DNA of 64,000 nt from Candidatus Moranbacteria bacterium GW2011_GWE2_35_2- (GCA_000990585.1 LBQD01000002.1:184016-248015), one strand, 5' to 3'; counted from the stretch's first letter, positions 38,765-49,407 are shown. Notes: generated by a model from the letters alone, not told the origin. Numbers and translations: made by a program.

Positions 38765-39268
38765 ATGTCAAAAACACAAGAAAATTTGAAAGCGGCTTTT
38801 GCCGGAGAGTCTCAGGCGAATCGAAGATATTTGGCTTTTGCCAAGGTGGCGGAAAAAGAAGGAAAGATGAATTTGGCAAAATTGTTTCGAGCGGTGGCGG
38901 AAGGGGAAACAGTTCACGCTCTCAAGCATTTTGATGTCTTGGGCGAAATTGGAGATAGTGCGGAAAATCTGAAGGCGGCGATAGAAGGGGAGACGTATGA
39001 AATTGAAAAGATGTACCCAACGTTTATTTCTGAAGCCGTGGAAGAAGAAAACGCTTTGGCGGAAATGAGTTTTGATAAAGCGAATGAAGTAGAAAAAAGA
39101 CATCAAGAAATATATTCACAGGCTTTGGAAAAAATTGAAGCGGGTGAGGATATCGACGAGAAGAAATATTTTGTTTGCGGAGTTTGCGGATATTTGTCAG
39201 AAAACGAAGCGCCCGACAATTGCCCGGTTTGCAACGCGCCCAAAGAGAAATTCTCCGAGGTTATATAA
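38765..39268 (+). CDS. rubrerythrin
   Basis: N-terminal ferritin-like diiron domain (ENLKAAFAGESQANRRY...EGETYE) and C-terminal rubredoxin CGVCGY...CPVC. Confidence 0.85.
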   Translation: MSKTQENLKAAFAGESQANRRYLAFAKVAEKEGKMNLAKLFRAVAEGETVHALKHFDVLGEIGDSAENLKAAIEGETYEIEKMYPTFISEAVEEENALAEMSFDKANEVEKRHQEIYSQALEKIEAGEDIDEKKYFVCGVCGYLSENEAPDNCPVCNAPKEKFSEVI

Positions 39269-39363
39269 GATGAAATAAAAGCAGTGCTTATTAAGAGCGC
39301 TGTTTTTTATTTTTCCGCTAGCGTGGTATACTGGGAGTATAAAAAGAAAAATTTAAAATAAAA

Positions 39364-39765
39364 ATGGAAACAAAAAAAGGATTGGTTTTTTTTATGGAGG
39401 ATGATGGGGAGATTAGAAAAAAGTATTCGGAATTTTTAGAAAAGAACGGATTTGTCGTTCGGGAATCGTGCAATGGAAAAGAGGGATGTTGTTGTTTGAA
39501 AGCGGCGCAAAAATCCACTGTTTTTCCGGAAGTTATCATAATGGATTTAATAATGCCGAAAATGGATGCTATTGATGTTTTAAAAAGAATAAAAAAACAC
39601 GAAGGATGTAACACGATTCCAGTTATTGTTTTGAGCGAATCTGAAAGCAAGGAAGACAAAGAATATGTGCTTAGTATGGGAGCGGATGAATTTTTGCTAA
39701 AATCGGAACTCACGCCGGAAATATTAATGGACGCGATAAAGAAAGCCACTACCTCTGTTGTATAA
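39364..39765 (+). CDS. stand-alone response regulator receiver domain (CheY-like)
   Basis: 133 aa; phospho-acceptor context IIMDLIMPKMDAID, conserved Ser/Lys positions. Confidence 0.7.
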   Translation: METKKGLVFFMEDDGEIRKKYSEFLEKNGFVVRESCNGKEGCCCLKAAQKSTVFPEVIIMDLIMPKMDAIDVLKRIKKHEGCNTIPVIVLSESESKEDKEYVLSMGADEFLLKSELTPEILMDAIKKATTSVV

Positions 39766-39782
39766 TAAAGCAGGCGAATAAT

Positions 39783-40520
39783 ATGAAAAAAATATTGGCA
39801 ATAATTATTTTTGTTATTTTTTTAGTTGGATTGAATTCTTGGGTTTGGTCGAATTTGAAAAAAAATGAAATCAAATCCGCAAATAGTAACATTGTTTCTA
39901 TTTCAGATATTCAATCAAATGCAAGCAATGGTAATAATAATGTTGATGGTGCTACTGATACGCCACAGGAAGACGATCCGCTTGTTGATTGGGCGCCTGC
40001 CGATAGTCAGAATTCGGATTATAATCCGCCTCTTTTGCATATCGATATTTCCAAAAAACCTTTCGGAATTTTGGTAAGCTCGGAAAATTCTCCGGTTTCT
40101 CCTGAAAAATTTTCCGGGTATCACACCGGGACTGATTTTGAAATCGCTATGGAAGATTCTGATAAGGACGTTTCAGTTTTTGCGGTTTGTTCCGGGGATG
40201 TGGAAAGCGTGAAAATAATCAGCGGATACGGCGGGGTGATGGTGCAAAAATGCACATTGAATGATGAGGATATCAGAGTGCTTTACGGGCATATTAATAT
40301 TGATAAGATTTTCATCAAGGAAGGCGAATATTTGCCAAGCGGCAAAGAATTTGCTATTCTGGCAGACAATGCGAGCGAGCTTTCCGGAGGAGAAAGAAAG
40401 CATTTGCATTTGGGAATTTGGAAGGGAACAAAGATTGATGTGCAGGGATATGTGCAAAATGAAAGCGAACTTTCAAAGTGGATTGATTTTGAAACTGTTA
40501 TAGATTTGTCTAATACGTAG
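39783..40520 (+). CDS. M23/LytM-like peptidase, membrane-anchored
   Basis: HTGTDF...GDVESV...GHIN...HLHLGIW motifs after N-terminal TM. Confidence 0.55.
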   Translation: MKKILAIIIFVIFLVGLNSWVWSNLKKNEIKSANSNIVSISDIQSNASNGNNNVDGATDTPQEDDPLVDWAPADSQNSDYNPPLLHIDISKKPFGILVSSENSPVSPEKFSGYHTGTDFEIAMEDSDKDVSVFAVCSGDVESVKIISGYGGVMVQKCTLNDEDIRVLYGHINIDKIFIKEGEYLPSGKEFAILADNASELSGGERKHLHLGIWKGTKIDVQGYVQNESELSKWIDFETVIDLSNT

Positions 40521-40574
40521 GACGATTATTTTTTAATATCAAAGTTTGTTTTTAATTTGTAGGTTTTATATTTT

Positions 40575-41546
40575 ATGTTGATTGATGATGTGATAATTGA
40601 AACGGAGGCGGGAAACGGAGGTGATGGAATTGTTGCTTTTAACAAAAATATGCTTAGTCTTGGTCCGACCGGAGGAGATGGCGGAAAAGGAGGAGATGTT
40701 TTTTTGGAGGGCGTGGCGAATATCGGAGCGTTGAAAGTTTATCGAAATCAAAAGGTATTTCATGCCGAGGACGGGAAAAGAGGAGGGCAGCAGAGAAAAA
40801 TTGGAAGAAACGGAGAGAATTTGTATTTGAAAGTTCCGGTAGGCACAGTGATTCATTTTGCCAATGGAACAACCCGGGATGTTTTTTATGTCGGAGAAAA
40901 AGTTTTAGTGGCAAAAGGAGGAGAAGGCGGAAGGGGAAATTTTTCTTTTCGTTCATCAAGAAACACCAGCCCAAAAGAATCGACTCCGGGAACGGAAGGT
41001 AAAAAAAATAAATTGCGTTTGGAACTTAAATTGATCGCTGATGTGGGATTTGTGGGACTTCCGAATGCTGGAAAATCCAGCTTGCTTAACGAACTTACCA
41101 ATGCCGGAAGCCGGGTTGGGAATTATAATTTCACAACTTTGGAGCCGAATTTGGGGGCGTATTATGATTTGATTTTGGCGGATATTCCAGGGCTTATTGA
41201 GGGGGCATCAGAAGGAAAAGGTTTGGGACACAAATTCCTCCGCCATATTGAACGCACAAGAATTATTTTTCATTTTGTTTCCTGCGAGTCTGATGATGTG
41301 GCAAGGGATTATGAAACAATCAGAAAAGAATTGGAAGCGCACAATCCGGAACTTTCTCAAAAAGAAGAGCATGTTTTTTTGAGTAAAAGTGATTTGCTTT
41401 CGGAAAAAGAATTGGCAAAAAAAATAAAAGCTTTGCAAAAAGCCGGTCCGAAGCCAGTCGCTATTTCCATTATTGATGAAAACAGTCTTGAAAAAGTCAA
41501 AAAAATCCTTTCGCAAGTGGCAAAAGACAAAAAAATAAAAGAATAA
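40575..41546 (+). CDS. obg: GTPase Obg/CgtA
   Basis: glycine-rich Obg fold (GNGGDGIVAF...GGDGGKGGDV), G1 GLPNAGKSSLLN, G3 DIPGLIEGA. Confidence 0.9.
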   Translation: MLIDDVIIETEAGNGGDGIVAFNKNMLSLGPTGGDGGKGGDVFLEGVANIGALKVYRNQKVFHAEDGKRGGQQRKIGRNGENLYLKVPVGTVIHFANGTTRDVFYVGEKVLVAKGGEGGRGNFSFRSSRNTSPKESTPGTEGKKNKLRLELKLIADVGFVGLPNAGKSSLLNELTNAGSRVGNYNFTTLEPNLGAYYDLILADIPGLIEGASEGKGLGHKFLRHIERTRIIFHFVSCESDDVARDYETIRKELEAHNPELSQKEEHVFLSKSDLLSEKELAKKIKALQKAGPKPVAISIIDENSLEKVKKILSQVAKDKKIKE

Positions 41547-41574
41547 AAAATGTACAATTAATTGTACATTTTTT
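41545..41574. terminator. perfect palindromic hairpin terminator after obg
   Basis: AAAAAATGTACAATTAATTGTACATTTTTT. Confidence 0.6.
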
Positions 41575-41648
41575 GTATAAGTAGCGGGGTGTTGCGGGAA
41601 AAATAAATAGTGATATAATTAAGATATAATATCACCAAAATAAATAAA

Positions 41649-42449
41649 ATGAAAAACAAAATTTTTGAAGAAATTAAAAAGGTTAATGAGAACGGAATTG
41701 AATATTGGTCATCGCGCGATTTGGCGAAGGTTTTAGGATATTCAAATTATAGTAAGTTTTTAAATGTAATTACCAGGGCCAAAGAGGCTTGTAAGAATAG
41801 CGGACAAGTTATTCACAACCATTTTTCCCATATGGACGAAATGGTCAAAATAGGGTCTGGAGCCGAAAGATCAGTTGATACCATACATCTTTCACGCTAT
41901 GCCTGCTATCTGATTGTTCAGAATTCTGATCCATCCAAAGAAATTGTCGCTCTGGGGCAAACTTATTTTGCCGTGCAAACTCGAAGACAAGAAGAATGTG
42001 ATCAATTGATTGAAGACGAAAAAAGATTGTATTTGCGCGGTGAAGTTAAGAAACATAACACATCTTTAGCTGAAGCGGCTGGAAACGCGGGGGTGAAAAA
42101 TTACGGGAAATTTCAAAATTTTGGGCATAAAGATTTGTATGGCGGATTGGATGCAAGCGATATTCATAAAAAGAAAAAGTTGAAAAAATCTCAAAAAATT
42201 CTTGATTACATGGGAAGCGAAGAGTTGGCGGCGAATTTGTTTCGTGCCACTCAAGCGGATGCGAAACTTCGAAGAGAAAATATTCAAGGTGAAGAAAATG
42301 CAAATTTAACGCATTATTCCGTGGGAAAAAAAGTCCGCAAAGCAATCAAAGAATTAGGAGGAACAATGCCCGAAGAGCTTCCAAAAGCAGATGGAATTAG
42401 CAAAGCCAACAAAAGGATCGAAAAAAGTGAAAAGAAGATGATAAATTAA
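41649..42449 (+). CDS. dinD: DNA-damage-inducible protein D homolog
   Basis: collinear match to E. coli DinD blocks: TRAKEACKNSG, MVKIGSGAERS, LSRYACYLIVQN, GQTYFAVQTRRQE, LYGGLD, ELAANLFRATQ, GGTMPEELP. Confidence 0.75.
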   Translation: MKNKIFEEIKKVNENGIEYWSSRDLAKVLGYSNYSKFLNVITRAKEACKNSGQVIHNHFSHMDEMVKIGSGAERSVDTIHLSRYACYLIVQNSDPSKEIVALGQTYFAVQTRRQEECDQLIEDEKRLYLRGEVKKHNTSLAEAAGNAGVKNYGKFQNFGHKDLYGGLDASDIHKKKKLKKSQKILDYMGSEELAANLFRATQADAKLRRENIQGEENANLTHYSVGKKVRKAIKELGGTMPEELPKADGISKANKRIEKSEKKMIN

Positions 42450-42475
42450 TATACTAATTTAATTGATAAAAGAAG

Positions 42476-43606
42476 ATGGAGAGCGAACATATTTGTATGT
42501 GGTGTGGAAAAAATACTTTTGATAATAAGTCTAAAGAGCATATTTTTCCTGAGTGTATTGGCGGTAATATAAAATTAATTAAGGAATGCGTGTGTGATGA
42601 ATGTAATAATAAATTTAGTCGGGATGTTGATGAAGCGTTAAAAAAAGAGCATCCTATTATGATGGATGCATATCAAGATAGCTGTTTTATAGAAAATAAA
42701 ATAATTGGCAAAAAGGGAAATAAAGAAAGAAAAGAAAGGAAGAAAAAAGAAAGATATGATATCAAGGGAATTGGTGAAGCAGAAAATGTGAGAGTGTATA
42801 GAGATGATAAAGGGAAAGACATTAATTTTTGTGGCGCATCTTTTGTGGTTAATTCTCCGAAATTTGTCAGATCATTACATAAATGTGCGGCGAATGTGTT
42901 GTGTTCTGTATATGGACCATCTTATATGAGAAATAATTATAAAGAGTTGCTAGATTTTGTTAAAAATGGAAAAAATATAGAGAGCTGGAGTTATGCTGTC
43001 AGTTATAGGAATTATAATGATAGATTTTCAATGGAGCCAAGAGTGATGTTTTCCAATAAAAAAAATAAAATTGTTGTTGACATTGAATATGGTCAATATG
43101 AAATTGTTTGTTTTATCCACACATCCGGAATTTGGATTATAGGTTCATATCCGTATTTAATTAATAAAGAAATTATTGAATATGTTGATCGCGAGATTTT
43201 TGAGGAATTAAATAAAAGGAATGAATTTAAGGGGCATAATATAAAGGAATTATTCGGCGGATTTGGTTTTATGATTGATAACAGAGAATTTATTGGAAAG
43301 TTGAGATTTTTGTGGTGTAAAAAAGAGTTGGAAGGGAAATCAAATAATGATTTTTTTTATTTATTAACAAGATGTAAGATTTGCGGACAAAAGACTCCTA
43401 CCGGTATTACAATTTCTAAAGATGTGCTTCGCAATTATAAAGGTGGGTGTTTTGATATGAATATGAATAGCTGGAATTATACAATACGGGGAATTCCCCT
43501 TGGGTTAAATCAATATGTAAGAAATTTGAAGATTAATAATTGTATATGTAAATGTATTGGTTGTGGTAATTTAATAAAATATAATGCAAGCAATTGTTTT
43601 ATTTAG
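42476..43606 (+). CDS. HNH-type endonuclease domain protein with additional Cys-rich C-terminus
   Basis: N-terminal CMWCGK...EHIFPECIGG...CDECNN (CxxC-H-CxxC-N HNH-like); starts 27 bp after dinD stop. Confidence 0.45.
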   Translation: MESEHICMWCGKNTFDNKSKEHIFPECIGGNIKLIKECVCDECNNKFSRDVDEALKKEHPIMMDAYQDSCFIENKIIGKKGNKERKERKKKERYDIKGIGEAENVRVYRDDKGKDINFCGASFVVNSPKFVRSLHKCAANVLCSVYGPSYMRNNYKELLDFVKNGKNIESWSYAVSYRNYNDRFSMEPRVMFSNKKNKIVVDIEYGQYEIVCFIHTSGIWIIGSYPYLINKEIIEYVDREIFEELNKRNEFKGHNIKELFGGFGFMIDNREFIGKLRFLWCKKELEGKSNNDFFYLLTRCKICGQKTPTGITISKDVLRNYKGGCFDMNMNSWNYTIRGIPLGLNQYVRNLKINNCICKCIGCGNLIKYNASNCFI

Positions 43607-43665
43607 ATGATTTTGAGTCTGATTATTTCGTAGCTGTTAGAAAACGATTAGGTTGAAATAAGAAA

Positions 43666-44019
43666 TTATTTTATCTTTTTGAAAACTACTTTGTAGACTG
43701 GTTCGTATTCGTTTTGGTATTCGTCGGTGATGGAGATCGGTTTTCCTTCGGCGACGCTGGAGATGGCAATATCGCTAATCATTTCATTGAGCTTTTCGAT
43801 TTCAAGTTTGAGGTCTTCCATTCTTTGCCAGCGAAGACCCATTTTGGTTTGTACGATAGCCTCGATTTGTTTTTTCTTTTCACGAAGCTCAGTGGCTTTG
43901 TCGATAATCACTTCATAATCATCAGCTTGAGCGAGCATATCTTTGTATTCTCCGCGAATGTCTTTTTGCTCCTTTTTTATTTCCCTGATCTGATCAAAAA
44001 TTTGTTGTATGTTCTGCAT
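43666..44019 (-). CDS. hypothetical coiled-coil protein
   Basis: 117 aa, K/E/Q-rich heptad pattern. Confidence 0.3.
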   Translation of the reverse strand: MQNIQQIFDQIREIKKEQKDIRGEYKDMLAQADDYEVIIDKATELREKKKQIEAIVQTKMGLRWQRMEDLKLEIEKLNEMISDIAISSVAEGKPISITDEYQNEYEPVYKVVFKKIK

Positions 44020-44329
44020 ATTTTTTTTTATTGAAAATTAAATTGTTATTTTTTTAACACGACAAAATTTATTGTAGCACAGGAATTAAAAAACAAAAAA
44101 TTTTCGTTATTTTCTTTCAGTTGTGGTATAATTTAATTAAGGGAAAGAGTTTTATCGGAATAAAGGCTTGTTAGAAGGATATAAAAGAGTTTAATTTAAA
44201 TCAGTTAAGGTTGAATTCATTTAATTTAAATCAATCATTTAAGCAATAATTTTTTAATCAATTAAAATTCTGGATTCCCGCTTCTCCTCCAAAGGCGGAC
44301 AGGCGCGGGAATGACACAAACAAAAAGCT

Positions 44330-44668
44330 ATGAAAAAACATCTTATCCATTGGGCGGTTTCTATTTTGGCAATAATATTCGTCGCATATTTGATTCCTGG
44401 CGTGTATGTGAGTGGAATTTTCACAGCTTTGGTGGTGGCGGTGGTGCTGGGACTTTTGAATATTTTTATTCGTCCAATTTTTTTGATTTTCACTTTACCG
44501 ATTAATATTCTAACACTGGGACTTTTTACTTTGGTTATCAATGCGGCTATGGTCATGCTTACAAGTCGCATTGTGGAAGGATTTTCCGTTTCCGGATTCT
44601 GGGCAGCTCTTATTTTCGGATTGATTTTATCCTTAGTGAATCATATTTTACATCTCGGGGGTAAATAA
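44330..44668 (+). CDS. phage holin family 4 (DUF360/YvlD-like) membrane protein
   Basis: 112 aa, 3-4 TM, ...GLLNIFIRPIF...LTLGLFTLVINAAM... pattern. Confidence 0.5.
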   Translation: MKKHLIHWAVSILAIIFVAYLIPGVYVSGIFTALVVAVVLGLLNIFIRPIFLIFTLPINILTLGLFTLVINAAMVMLTSRIVEGFSVSGFWAALIFGLILSLVNHILHLGGK

Positions 44669-44747
44669 TAGTTGATGTAAATTTTTATTTTATTTTTTTC
44701 ATTCGTAGATTTGTTTTAATTTGTTGATTTGAATTGAGTTAAAAATT

Positions 44748-45386
44748 ATGAAAAATTATCTTTTAATTTGGAAAAAAACAGAATCAAAAAAAACAAAGGC
44801 GAACAAATTTTTTAAAAAATTTCAAAAATTTGATCAGGAAAAACTCAGATTTTTTTTGGTTTTACTGGTTGTTGTCCTTTTGGATGTTATGGTGATTTTT
44901 GTATATTTTTTCAAGACTGAAACTGACCGAGAAATTGTTGTTAAAACGTTTAATTTTCCTAATAATTCAAAATTAAGAGGCGAGTTGGTGGAAATGACGA
45001 AAGGTTATCCGATTGAAAAAATGATTCCGTTGATTTCGCGTCAAGATGAAGAAATTGCCGCTTTTTTGATTAGTATTGCCAAAAAAGAAAGTAACTGGGG
45101 AAAGAGAGTTCCAAGATTGAATGGAGAAGATTGCTATAATTATTGGGGCTATAGAGGAATTCGAGAAAAAATGGGAACAGGCGGACATACTTGTTTTGAC
45201 AGTCCGCAAGATGCAGTGCGGACTGTTTCGGCAAGAATCAAAAAACTTATTGAGCAGGATGTCAATACTCCTTCCAAGATGGTTGTTTGGAAGTGCGGAT
45301 ATTCTTGCAATGGACATAGTGATTATAGTGTGAAAAAGTGGATCAACGATGTGGATTATTATTTTGGGAAAATTAACGGTTCCTAA
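44748..45386 (+). CDS. membrane-anchored hypothetical protein, possible lysozyme-like (SLT-type) domain
   Basis: N-terminal TM; AAFLISIAKKESNWG resembles lytic transglycosylase catalytic E-S region; C-terminal Cys pairs. Confidence 0.3.
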   Translation: MKNYLLIWKKTESKKTKANKFFKKFQKFDQEKLRFFLVLLVVVLLDVMVIFVYFFKTETDREIVVKTFNFPNNSKLRGELVEMTKGYPIEKMIPLISRQDEEIAAFLISIAKKESNWGKRVPRLNGEDCYNYWGYRGIREKMGTGGHTCFDSPQDAVRTVSARIKKLIEQDVNTPSKMVVWKCGYSCNGHSDYSVKKWINDVDYYFGKINGS

Positions 45387-45398
45387 CTAATTTATTTG

Positions 45399-48062
45399 AT
45401 GAAAAAAAATATTTTATATCATTCGATTTCAGCAAGCGAGACATTGAAAGAGATGAATTCTGAAAAGAGTGGTCTTTCGGTTGCAGAGGCGGAAAAAAGA
45501 TTAAAGCTTTGGGGGAGAAACGAACTTCCTTCCGGAAAGAAGCTTTCACATTTTCATCTTTTTATCCGACAATTCAATAGCCCTTTGATTTATCTTATTT
45601 TAGTGGCAACTTTTCTTTCTTTTTTGATCGGACATATATTGGATGCCATTTTTATTATTGTTGTTATTTTTGTAAATACGATTGTTGGTTTTTTACAGGA
45701 AATGAAAGCTGAAAAAGCTTTGGAGAAATTAAGTAAATCGGTAAAATTTTTTTGTCGTGTTATTCGTGGTGGAAAGATGCGTCAAATTTCTAGCGAAGAT
45801 ATTGTTGCGGGTGATATTATTGAATTGAGAGAGGGGGATAAGGTTCCGGCTGACGGGAGATTGTTGGAGTGTCGCGGATTGAAAGTAAACGAAGCGACGC
45901 TCACTGGAGAATGGGCGGCTGTTGCCAAAAACGATGAAATTTTAGCGGAGGACAGCGGAATTTCTGATCAGAGAAATATGGTTTTTATGGGAACAATTGT
46001 TGAAGAAGGCAAGGGTGTTTTTTTAGTGACCGCAATCTCTGGTGATACACAGATTGGAAAAATAGCCAGACTTGTAAATCAAGCTCATGAAACACAAACG
46101 CCTATTCAGAAAAAATTTAAGCAACTTTCCAGAATTTTGGGCGGAGGAATTTTAGTAATAATTACTATTTTTTCTTTAATAAATATTTTTAGAGGTGAAG
46201 ATTGGTACGTTGTTTTTACTACGGCAATTGCTTTGGTTGTGAGTGCGGTTCCCGAGGGATTGCTTCCGGCGATTACCGTAATTCTTGTTTTAGGAATGCG
46301 CCGATTGGCGCGGCACAAAGCCTTGGTGCGTAAATTGAATGCGACGGAAGGAATGGGGGCAGTTTCTGTTATTTGTATGGATAAAACCGGGACACTCACG
46401 AAAGGGGAAATGCAAGTGAGTCATATTTTATCCGGAACTAGAGAGCTTTTATACAAGAAAAAGGCATTTGAAAATGAAAATAATATTCAGGCACATATAA
46501 AAACTCTAGAAACAGCTCTTTTAATTCAAGACGCATATGCGGAAAATCCTGATGATGATTTTTCTGATTTGGTAGTTCGCGGTAATTTGACTGCACGGGC
46601 AATTTTTTTGGCGGGAATAAGTGCGGGAATAACGAAAGAATCTTTGCAAGAAAAAATGAAGTTGCGTTTTTTAGAAAGTATTGATTTTAGTTCAGAAAAA
46701 AAATATTCAGCTAATGTATATGAAAAGGAAGATGGTAGAATTTTATTTTGCGTTATGGGGGCTCCGGAAAAGATAATTGATTTTTCTTCAGAAGTTGATG
46801 TTGATGGGAAAAGCTTTCATATATCATCGGATGATTCAAAAAAACTTTTTCTCAGAGTGGATAATTTAGCCTCTAAGGGATTGCGAATTTTGGCGTGCGC
46901 TTTTGGGGATTTTTCACGCGAAGAATATGAAAATCGCAAAGGTAATTTAGAGAAATTGAAATTGGTAGGATTTTTGGCATTTAAAGATCCTTTGCGAAAA
47001 GAAGTGGCGGTTTCAATAGCGGATGCTAAAAGAGCCGGAATACGCCCGATAATAATTACCGGAGATCATAAAAATACGGCAAAGGCGATTGTAAGTGAAT
47101 TGGGAATGGAAATAGGTGATGATGAAATTATGGAAGGGAAAGATTTGGATAATTTCAGTGATTGGGAATTGGAAAAGATTGTGGAAAAAGTTTCGATTTT
47201 CGCGCGTGTAATTCCTGAGCATAAAATTCGTATTGTAAAGGCACTTCAAAGAAAAGGAGAAGTTGTGGCGATGGTGGGGGATGGAGTGAATGATGCTCCG
47301 GCGCTCAAGGCGGCAGATATTGGAATTTCAGTCGGAAGCGGGACGGATATTGCTAAGGAAGTTTCAGATATTGTACTGACGGATAGCAGTTTTTCTGTGA
47401 TTATCAAGGCGATTGAACAAGGAAGACTGATAAAGGAAAATATTCGTAGAATTGTGGTATATCTTTTGGCGGATGATTTTTCAGAATTGTTTTTGTTTTT
47501 TGGAGCAGTCGCGTTGGGGATGCCGTTTCCTCTTTATCCGGTACAAATTCTTTGGATAAATTTGGTTGAGGACAGTTTCCCTGATATTGCGCTTACTACG
47601 GAAAAAGATACTGCCGGGTTGATGAATCAAAAACCGGCAGCGGCTGGTGATCCGCTACTGAACAATAAATATAAAAAATTTATGTTAGCGGTTTTCCTTA
47701 TTTCCGGAATAGCCGCCTTCTCTGTTTTTTATTTCTCTTGGAAAATATCGGGAGATTTGGATCGAGCGCGAACAATCACTTTTGCTTTGGTTGCTTTTGA
47801 TTCTTTAGTATTTGCTTTTATTGTACGATCATTTAGGCAGAGTTTTTTTTCTCGCCATATTTTTTCCAATAAAATATTAAATGGTGCGATTTTTATTTCT
47901 TTAGTTTTATTATTGATTGGGTTGTATTTTCCTCCGATGCAAAAAATACTTAACGTTGTACCTTTAAGTATTTTCGGATGGGTGATTATTTTAGGAGTGA
48001 GTTTTGCAGAGTTGGTTATTTTGGAATTTTTTAAAAAGAAATTATTACGAGATAATGCTTGA
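45399..48062 (+). CDS. cation-transporting P-type ATPase (type IIA/IIB, Ca2+-type)
   Basis: ICMDKTGTLT phosphorylation site, TGDHKNTA, VAMVGDGVNDAPALKAADIGISVG hinge, 10 TM; ATG 45399 (track start TTG). Confidence 0.9.
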   Translation: MKKNILYHSISASETLKEMNSEKSGLSVAEAEKRLKLWGRNELPSGKKLSHFHLFIRQFNSPLIYLILVATFLSFLIGHILDAIFIIVVIFVNTIVGFLQEMKAEKALEKLSKSVKFFCRVIRGGKMRQISSEDIVAGDIIELREGDKVPADGRLLECRGLKVNEATLTGEWAAVAKNDEILAEDSGISDQRNMVFMGTIVEEGKGVFLVTAISGDTQIGKIARLVNQAHETQTPIQKKFKQLSRILGGGILVIITIFSLINIFRGEDWYVVFTTAIALVVSAVPEGLLPAITVILVLGMRRLARHKALVRKLNATEGMGAVSVICMDKTGTLTKGEMQVSHILSGTRELLYKKKAFENENNIQAHIKTLETALLIQDAYAENPDDDFSDLVVRGNLTARAIFLAGISAGITKESLQEKMKLRFLESIDFSSEKKYSANVYEKEDGRILFCVMGAPEKIIDFSSEVDVDGKSFHISSDDSKKLFLRVDNLASKGLRILACAFGDFSREEYENRKGNLEKLKLVGFLAFKDPLRKEVAVSIADAKRAGIRPIIITGDHKNTAKAIVSELGMEIGDDEIMEGKDLDNFSDWELEKIVEKVSIFARVIPEHKIRIVKALQRKGEVVAMVGDGVNDAPALKAADIGISVGSGTDIAKEVSDIVLTDSSFSVIIKAIEQGRLIKENIRRIVVYLLADDFSELFLFFGAVALGMPFPLYPVQILWINLVEDSFPDIALTTEKDTAGLMNQKPAAAGDPLLNNKYKKFMLAVFLISGIAAFSVFYFSWKISGDLDRARTITFALVAFDSLVFAFIVRSFRQSFFSRHIFSNKILNGAIFISLVLLLIGLYFPPMQKILNVVPLSIFGWVIILGVSFAELVILEFFKKKLLRDNA

Positions 48063-48116
48063 AATAAAAGATATTTTACAGTATACTTAGAATGCTTAAA
48101 AAATAAATATTTTTTT

Positions 48117-49382
48117 ATGATGCAATTATTTGAAATAAACGGAGGAAAAAAGCTTTCCGGGGAAATTGAAGTGCGGGGCAGTAAAAACGCGGCCGCACCT
48201 ATTATTGCGGCAGCTTTGCTTACCAAAGAGCCTTGCGTTATTTCCAATATTCCTTTGATTGAAGATATATTCAAGCTTTTGAAAATAATTGAAAGTATGG
48301 GCGCCAAAGTTGAATGGATAGGAGAAAGGGAAATAAAAATCACCGCGCGGGACTTGGATGCGGAAAAAATGGATTATGATCTTGTGAAAGAAATCAGAAT
48401 GTCCATCCTTCTTTTGGGATCGTTGAGCGCCAGATTTGAGAAATTCAAACTTGCAAATCCAGGAGGATGCAAGATTGGAAAAAGACCGCTAGGAACTCAT
48501 TTTAATGCTTTGGAGAAAATGGGTATCAAAATTGAACAAGATGAAAAAAATTATTCGGTAGATGCTATCGATAGAAAAGCCGCAAAAATTATTTTGCGGG
48601 AATTTTCCGTAACGGCTACTGAAATTGCCATGATGTTGGCAGCGGGAATTCCCGGAAAAACTATTATCAAAATTGCCGCCGCTGAACCGCATGTTGAAGA
48701 TTTGGGGAGGTTTTTGAAAAAGATGGGTGCCAAGATCGGAGGTTTAGGTACGCATACGATTGAAATTGAAGGAGTGGAAAAATTATCAGGAGTGCAACAT
48801 GAAATTATTTCGGATGCCAATGAGGCGGCAACATTTTTGATTATGGGCGTGGCACTGTCCAGTCCGATTAAAATTAAAAATGCCAGGGAAGAAAATCTTG
48901 ATTTGGTTTTGGAAAAACTTAGAGAAATGGGAGCGGATTTTGTTGTAAGCGAGAATATGATTGAAGTTGTGCCCACAAAAAAAATAAAGGCGCTGGAAAA
49001 AATAGAATCCAGAATTTATCCCGGAATTCCGACAGATAACCAAGCACTTTTTGGAGTCTTGGCGACGCAAGCGGAAGGTGAAACTTTGATTTTCGATACT
49101 CTTTTTGAGGGAAGATTTAGCTATGTGGCGGAAATTGAGAAAATGGGAGCTAAGGCGAAAGTTCTTAATCCCCATCAAGTGATAATTTCCGGTCCAACCC
49201 ATCTTTATGGTGATACTATTAAAAGTTATGATCTTCGAGCCGGAGCTTCGTTGATTTTGGCAGCTCTTTTAGCAAAGGGAAAAACAATAATTGAAGATAT
49301 TTATCAGGTAGATAGGGGTTATGAAAAGATAGAAGAAAGACTTCAAAAAATTGGTGCGGATATAAAAAGGATAACCAAATAA
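48117..49382 (+). CDS. murA: UDP-N-acetylglucosamine 1-carboxyvinyltransferase
   Basis: LSGEIEVRGSKNAA...EPCVISNIP active-site Cys region and EPSP-synthase fold length. Confidence 0.9.
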   Translation: MMQLFEINGGKKLSGEIEVRGSKNAAAPIIAAALLTKEPCVISNIPLIEDIFKLLKIIESMGAKVEWIGEREIKITARDLDAEKMDYDLVKEIRMSILLLGSLSARFEKFKLANPGGCKIGKRPLGTHFNALEKMGIKIEQDEKNYSVDAIDRKAAKIILREFSVTATEIAMMLAAGIPGKTIIKIAAAEPHVEDLGRFLKKMGAKIGGLGTHTIEIEGVEKLSGVQHEIISDANEAATFLIMGVALSSPIKIKNAREENLDLVLEKLREMGADFVVSENMIEVVPTKKIKALEKIESRIYPGIPTDNQALFGVLATQAEGETLIFDTLFEGRFSYVAEIEKMGAKAKVLNPHQVIISGPTHLYGDTIKSYDLRAGASLILAALLAKGKTIIEDIYQVDRGYEKIEERLQKIGADIKRITK

Positions 49383-49407
49383 TTTGTGTAAGTATAATTA
49401 TGAGGAT

